DNA of 63,941 nucleotides, counting the filler. It is 8 parts of 8 records of this genome, joined end to end, with 100 filler letters (N's around TTAATTAATTAA, not from the genome) between each part and the next. Parts side by side here need not be neighbours in the genome. Positions count along the whole stretch, not along the records: positions 57,204 to 63,941 come from DRR723986_19072; 7 more parts are not named here. One strand, 5' to 3'. The notes under the pieces were generated by a model. That model was not told where the DNA came from, ran no database searches, and was given only the letters and a program-made list of their open reading frames with translations. Shown here in pieces: positions 60,070 to 63,941 of the stretch. A program made the position numbers and the translations under genes. The number at the start of each line of letters is the position of its first letter. Position 1 is the first letter of the stretch.

Positions 60070-61509
60070 ATGACCAAACAGGCGCTCGCAGTGGTGGTCC
60101 TTGCGGCCGGGGCCGGTACCCGAATGAAATCTGCCACCCCCAAGGTGTTGCATGAGGTAGCTGGGCTTCCCCTGATTGGCCATGTGCTCTCCACCGCTAG
60201 CGCGTTAGAGCCCGATCACATTGCGGTGGTGTTGCGTCATGAACGCGATGCTGTCGCGGCCGTGGTGGACCAGTTCGCTCCCGATGCTCTCTTGGTCGAT
60301 CAAGATGACATGCCGGGAACGGGACGTGCCGTGGAAGTGGCGCTTGCCGCGTTGCCCTCGTCGTTTGCTGGAGACGTCCTCGTGGTCTCCGGCGATGTTC
60401 CGCTCTTGGATTCCGACACACTGCGGGCGGTGCTCGATCATCACCGCACGCAGGGAGTTGGCGCAACCCTGCTCTCAACCGTGCCGGGCGACCCCACCGG
60501 GTACGGTCGTGTGATTCGTGATGATCACGGTGACGTCCTTCGCATCGTCGAACACAGCGATGCCACCGAGGCCGAAGTCGCGCTGCGAGAAGTCAATGCG
60601 GGAACTTATGTTTTCGACCGGGGCGCCCTCACCACTGCCTTGGCCGCCGTGGGGACCAAGAATGCCCAGGGGGAAAAATACCTCACCGATGTGATGGAGA
60701 CGCTTCGCTCCCAGGACGTGAAGGTGCATGCCATCCGGGTGGAAGACGACTGGTTGCTTCAGGGCATTAACAACAGAGTTCAGCTCGCCGAGGTCCACGC
60801 CCACCTCAACGCAATGATTATTCGCGGGTGGCAATTAGCGGGAGTCAGCATCGTTGATCCTTCGAGCACCTGGATTGATGTGGGTGTGGAGTTGGCCGAA
60901 GATGTGGAAATTCTTCCCGGTGTGCAACTTTTGGGCGCCACCCAGGTGGGTGCGGGAGCCACGATTGGCCCAGATAGCACCCTGCGAGACACGGTGGTCG
61001 GTCCTCGAGCCCGCGTCGTGCGTACCCACGCCGAGGGAGCTCATATCGACCAGGACGCCACCGTGGGTCCCTTCAGCTTCCTGCGCCCCGGTGCGCACCT
61101 TGGCCCCGAAGCCAAGGTGGGTGCTTTCGTCGAGATCAAGAATTCAACGTTGCACCGAGGCGCCAAGGTTCCTCACTTGAGCTACATCGGCGATGCCGAT
61201 ATCGGCGAAGGCACCAACATTGGTGCCGGTGCGATTACCGCCAATTACGACGGGGTGAACAAGAACCGCACCACGATTGGTGCTCACGTGCGCACGGGTT
61301 CCCACACTGTGTTTGTCGCCCCCGTGGAATTGGGAGATGGTTCCTACAGCGCCGCCGGCGCCGTCGTGCGCCGCGCCGTTCCCCCTGGCGCGTTAGCCAT
61401 GAGTGTGAGTTCTCAGCGCAACCTAGAAGGTTGGGTTGAAGCCAACCGAGAAGGCTCGCCGTCTGCCACCGCCGCTTCGAAGGCCCAGAGCGGTAAAAAT
61501 AAACAATGA
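60070..61509 (+). CDS. glmU: Bifunctional GlcNAc-1-P uridyltransferase / acetyltransferase
   Basis: LAAGAGTRMKS..PKVLH, YLTD, hexapeptide repeats, HLSYIGDA, NYDG. Confidence 0.97.
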   Translation: MTKQALAVVVLAAGAGTRMKSATPKVLHEVAGLPLIGHVLSTASALEPDHIAVVLRHERDAVAAVVDQFAPDALLVDQDDMPGTGRAVEVALAALPSSFAGDVLVVSGDVPLLDSDTLRAVLDHHRTQGVGATLLSTVPGDPTGYGRVIRDDHGDVLRIVEHSDATEAEVALREVNAGTYVFDRGALTTALAAVGTKNAQGEKYLTDVMETLRSQDVKVHAIRVEDDWLLQGINNRVQLAEVHAHLNAMIIRGWQLAGVSIVDPSSTWIDVGVELAEDVEILPGVQLLGATQVGAGATIGPDSTLRDTVVGPRARVVRTHAEGAHIDQDATVGPFSFLRPGAHLGPEAKVGAFVEIKNSTLHRGAKVPHLSYIGDADIGEGTNIGAGAITANYDGVNKNRTTIGAHVRTGSHTVFVAPVELGDGSYSAAGAVVRRAVPPGALAMSVSSQRNLEGWVEANREGSPSATAASKAQSGKNKQ

Positions 61510-61550
61510 ACTATCTCCCGCCCACCATCCAGCGATAAGGCGATAATCCC

Positions 61551-62528
61551 GTGAGCATGATCTCCACCACGTCAACAAAGAATCTTGTCCTGGTGAGCGG
61601 TCGCGCTCATCCCGAACTGGCGGAGCAGGTTGCCACAGAACTGGGCACCACCCTGGTACCCACGGAGGCTCGCACTTTTTCTAACGGCGAAATTTATGCC
61701 CGGTATGGGGACAGCGTTCGAGGCTGTGATGCCTTCGTCATCCAGGCTCACACCCAGCCCATCAACGAATGGTTGATGGAACAGCTGATTATGGTCGACG
61801 CTCTGAAGCGCGCCAGTGCCAAGCGCATCACCGTGGTGGCTCCGTTTTATCCTTACGCGCGCCAAGATAAAAAAGGCCGCGGCCGCGAACCTATTTCTGC
61901 TCGACTCATCGCGGACATGTTCAAAGCAGCGGGCGCTGATCGGATCATGAGCGTTGATTTGCACGCCGCTCAAATTCAAGGTTTTTTTGATGGCCCGGTG
62001 GACCACCTTTTTGCCATGCCCGTCTTGCTCGAGCATTTCAAGAAGCAGCTCGATCCTGCCACCCTGACCGTGGTCAGTCCCGATATGGGTCGGGTGCGAG
62101 TGGCCGATATTTGGAGTGACAAATTAGGTGCACCGCTAGCGATTATCCACAAGCGTCGCGATCCCCGTGTTCCCAATGAAGTATCCGTCCACGAAATTGT
62201 CGGTGAGGTAGAGGGTCGGGTGTGTTTGCTTGTCGATGACATGATCGACACTGGTCGCACAATCGCCAAGGGCGCCCAAGCCCTCAAAGACAGCGGCGCC
62301 ACTTCCGTTGTCGTGGCGGCCACCCACGCCGTGTTCTCTGACCCGGCGACCGAGGTGTTGCAATCCGACTGGATTGATCAGGTCGTCGTGACCGACACCT
62401 TGCCCTTGGCCCAGGACAAGCGATGGGATCGCCTCACGGTGCTCCCCATTGCTCCGCTGTTAGCTCGCGCTATTCGGGAAGTTTTTGAAGATGGTTCTGT
62501 TACCTCCATGTTTGATGGAGCAGCCTAA
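61551..62528 (+). CDS. prs: Ribose-phosphate pyrophosphokinase
   Basis: PYARQDK, DLHAAQIQGFFD, VDDMIDTG. Confidence 0.97.
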   Translation: MSMISTTSTKNLVLVSGRAHPELAEQVATELGTTLVPTEARTFSNGEIYARYGDSVRGCDAFVIQAHTQPINEWLMEQLIMVDALKRASAKRITVVAPFYPYARQDKKGRGREPISARLIADMFKAAGADRIMSVDLHAAQIQGFFDGPVDHLFAMPVLLEHFKKQLDPATLTVVSPDMGRVRVADIWSDKLGAPLAIIHKRRDPRVPNEVSVHEIVGEVEGRVCLLVDDMIDTGRTIAKGAQALKDSGATSVVVAATHAVFSDPATEVLQSDWIDQVVVTDTLPLAQDKRWDRLTVLPIAPLLARAIREVFEDGSVTSMFDGAA

Positions 62529-62875
62529 CTTCCGCTCACCGGTACCAGACGTGGTGCTCCAGGAATAACTCCAAGGTGCGCGACAAACGTTTCATCGCTG
62601 TCAAATCCTTCGGCGTAACAATTCCAGCCCACGAGTCGGGGGTCCATGACCTGGAAACGGGCATGAGCAGCACTCGCACGGGGTGCGTAATAGGCCACCG
62701 CAATCTCGCACGCATAGGCGGCAGTTCTGGCTTGGGTACCCCAGGTGATCAGGATTCCCGGTAGTACCAAGCCCGCAATCGCCAGGCTCACCACAATGCG
62801 CATTCCGAGCACTCGAGCAGGGGAGTGCAGCGGACGATCGTCGGCGTCGTCAAAATTCTCGTTGTCGATACTCAT
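62525..62875 (-). CDS. Hypothetical single-TM protein
   Basis: Acidic N-terminus, one TM, two Cys (ACEIAV, GWNCY), LGVIP end. Confidence 0.65.
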   Translation of the reverse strand: MSIDNENFDDADDRPLHSPARVLGMRIVVSLAIAGLVLPGILITWGTQARTAAYACEIAVAYYAPRASAAHARFQVMDPRLVGWNCYAEGFDSDETFVAHLGVIPGAPRLVPVSGS

Positions 62876-62914
62876 AGTCACCCACCAGTCTTTCACGCTG
62901 GCTATAGTGACGCC

Positions 62915-63941
62915 GTGGCGAAGTTAAGACGAACGCTGGGGCCGTGGGGTAGTGCGGGTATCGGTGCGGCGTCGATGGTGGGTGCCGGTGCGTTTTACGT
63001 CTGGTCTCCTGCTGCGAGCCTTGCCGGGCGCTTTCTCCTCATATCGCTCGCCCTTGCGGGTGTCGTAGCGTTGCTCAACGCCATCACGATGGCTCAGCTG
63101 GCCCTGCAACATCCCGTTTCTGGTGGTGTCTATCACTATGCCCGCCGATATGTCTCGCCTCGCGCAGGGTTTGTTGCGGGATGGATGTTTATGCTCGGGA
63201 AAACTGCGTCGGCGGCAGCCATCGCTCTCATCGCTGCGCAGTACCTGGCGCCGGATCGCACCCGTCTTCTCGCAGCTATTTTGATTGCCGTTTTTGCTGC
63301 GGCGAACCTGACCGGGCTTCGCACTACTGCTCGAATCAGTATTGGCCTGGTGTCCATTGTTGTCGTGGTCCTGGTGGCACTGATGGTGCAATCCCCCTGG
63401 AGGATGCCAGAGCTTGGAGTGCCCTCCGAGGTCAGTGTCTATGGTGTGGCCCAGGCGGCAGGATTAATATTTTTTGCTTTTGCCGGTTATGCCCGCATGG
63501 CCACTCTGGGAGAAGAGGTGAAAAACCCCCGCGTGGTCTTACCTCGGGTGATCGTGGGGACTCTGGGGGCTGTGTTAGTTCTCTATGCGTTGCTCGCGTT
63601 GGCGTTGCTGGGCAGTGTGGGGGTCGAAGGCCTCGCTGCTAGTGCAACACCGGTAGCGGACATGGCACCGGATTCCTGGCGGCTCATGGTCGTTGCCGTG
63701 GCGTCTTTGGCAAGCCTGGGTTCGCTGGCTGCGATTCTTGCCGGATTATCACGAACGTCCATGGCCATGGCCCAGGAAGGCGATCTGCCTTCCTTTCTGG
63801 GCCTTGTGTGGGCGCGCACGTCATCGCCTGCCCGAGCAGAAATCACCATGGCTCTTGCTGCCATGACGCTGGCGCTCCTGGTGGATCCCCTGTGGCTAGT
63901 GGCGTTGTCCTCGAGTGCTGTGTTGAGCTATTACGCCATCG
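62915..63941 (+). CDS. APC-family amino acid permease (3' truncated)
   Basis: Read manually: GTG start, AKLRRTLG...SMVGAGAF, P.SGG.YHY, FFAFAGYARMATLGEEVKNP. Open to the window end. Confidence 0.9.
   Translation, partial: MAKLRRTLGPWGSAGIGAASMVGAGAFYVWSPAASLAGRFLLISLALAGVVALLNAITMAQLALQHPVSGGVYHYARRYVSPRAGFVAGWMFMLGKTASAAAIALIAAQYLAPDRTRLLAAILIAVFAAANLTGLRTTARISIGLVSIVVVVLVALMVQSPWRMPELGVPSEVSVYGVAQAAGLIFFAFAGYARMATLGEEVKNPRVVLPRVIVGTLGAVLVLYALLALALLGSVGVEGLAASATPVADMAPDSWRLMVVAVASLASLGSLAAILAGLSRTSMAMAQEGDLPSFLGLVWARTSSPARAEITMALAAMTLALLVDPLWLVALSSSAVLSYYAI

Noticed and set aside
59890-60183. N-terminal extension of the MarR ORF
   Set aside because: It is the antisense of tRNA-Gln and the glmU start.
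1-63941. CRISPR arrays, transposases, integrases, phage or defence genes
   Set aside because: No repeat-spacer arrays or recognisable motifs of these classes were seen by eye.

Overview
This window is not one locus. It is eight unrelated contigs joined by 100-bp artificial linkers (N44-TTAATTAATTAA-N44), so gene neighbourhood only counts within a contig. Contigs 1-5 and 7 (1-8175, 8276-13565, 13666-19520, 19621-29072, 29173-39907, 50027-57103) look like Rhodobacteraceae/Roseobacter-group DNA of varying GC. They carry mostly housekeeping, transport and regulatory genes (pntB, peptide ABC permeases, ygfZ, efp, mepA, recQ, yaaA, cls, arylsulfatase, lipA, hpt, tsf, rpsB). Contig 8 (57204-63941) is actinobacterial (ispE, lspA, marR, tRNA-Gln, glmU, prs). 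Contig 6 (40008-49926) has Bacteroidota-type TAnnTTTG promoter boxes and holds the best candidate for an undescribed system. A 514-aa protein with a putative HTH and helical repeats is transcribed divergently from a 68-aa acidic peptide that is probably exported. A palindrome between them supplies a -7 box on both strands, and a convergent structured non-coding region with its own promoter follows the peptide. This resembles RRNPP/arbitrium peptide-receptor modules but in a Gram-negative lineage (inference). Other notable signals are a local AraC regulon in contig 1 defined by four copies of a 21-bp-spaced motif, a hairpin/uORF leader before a PagL-like gene, an orphan 4-Cys secreted peptide between recQ and yaaA, and a multi-hairpin sRNA candidate after a LuxR solo. 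All family assignments come from motif recognition; no searches were run.
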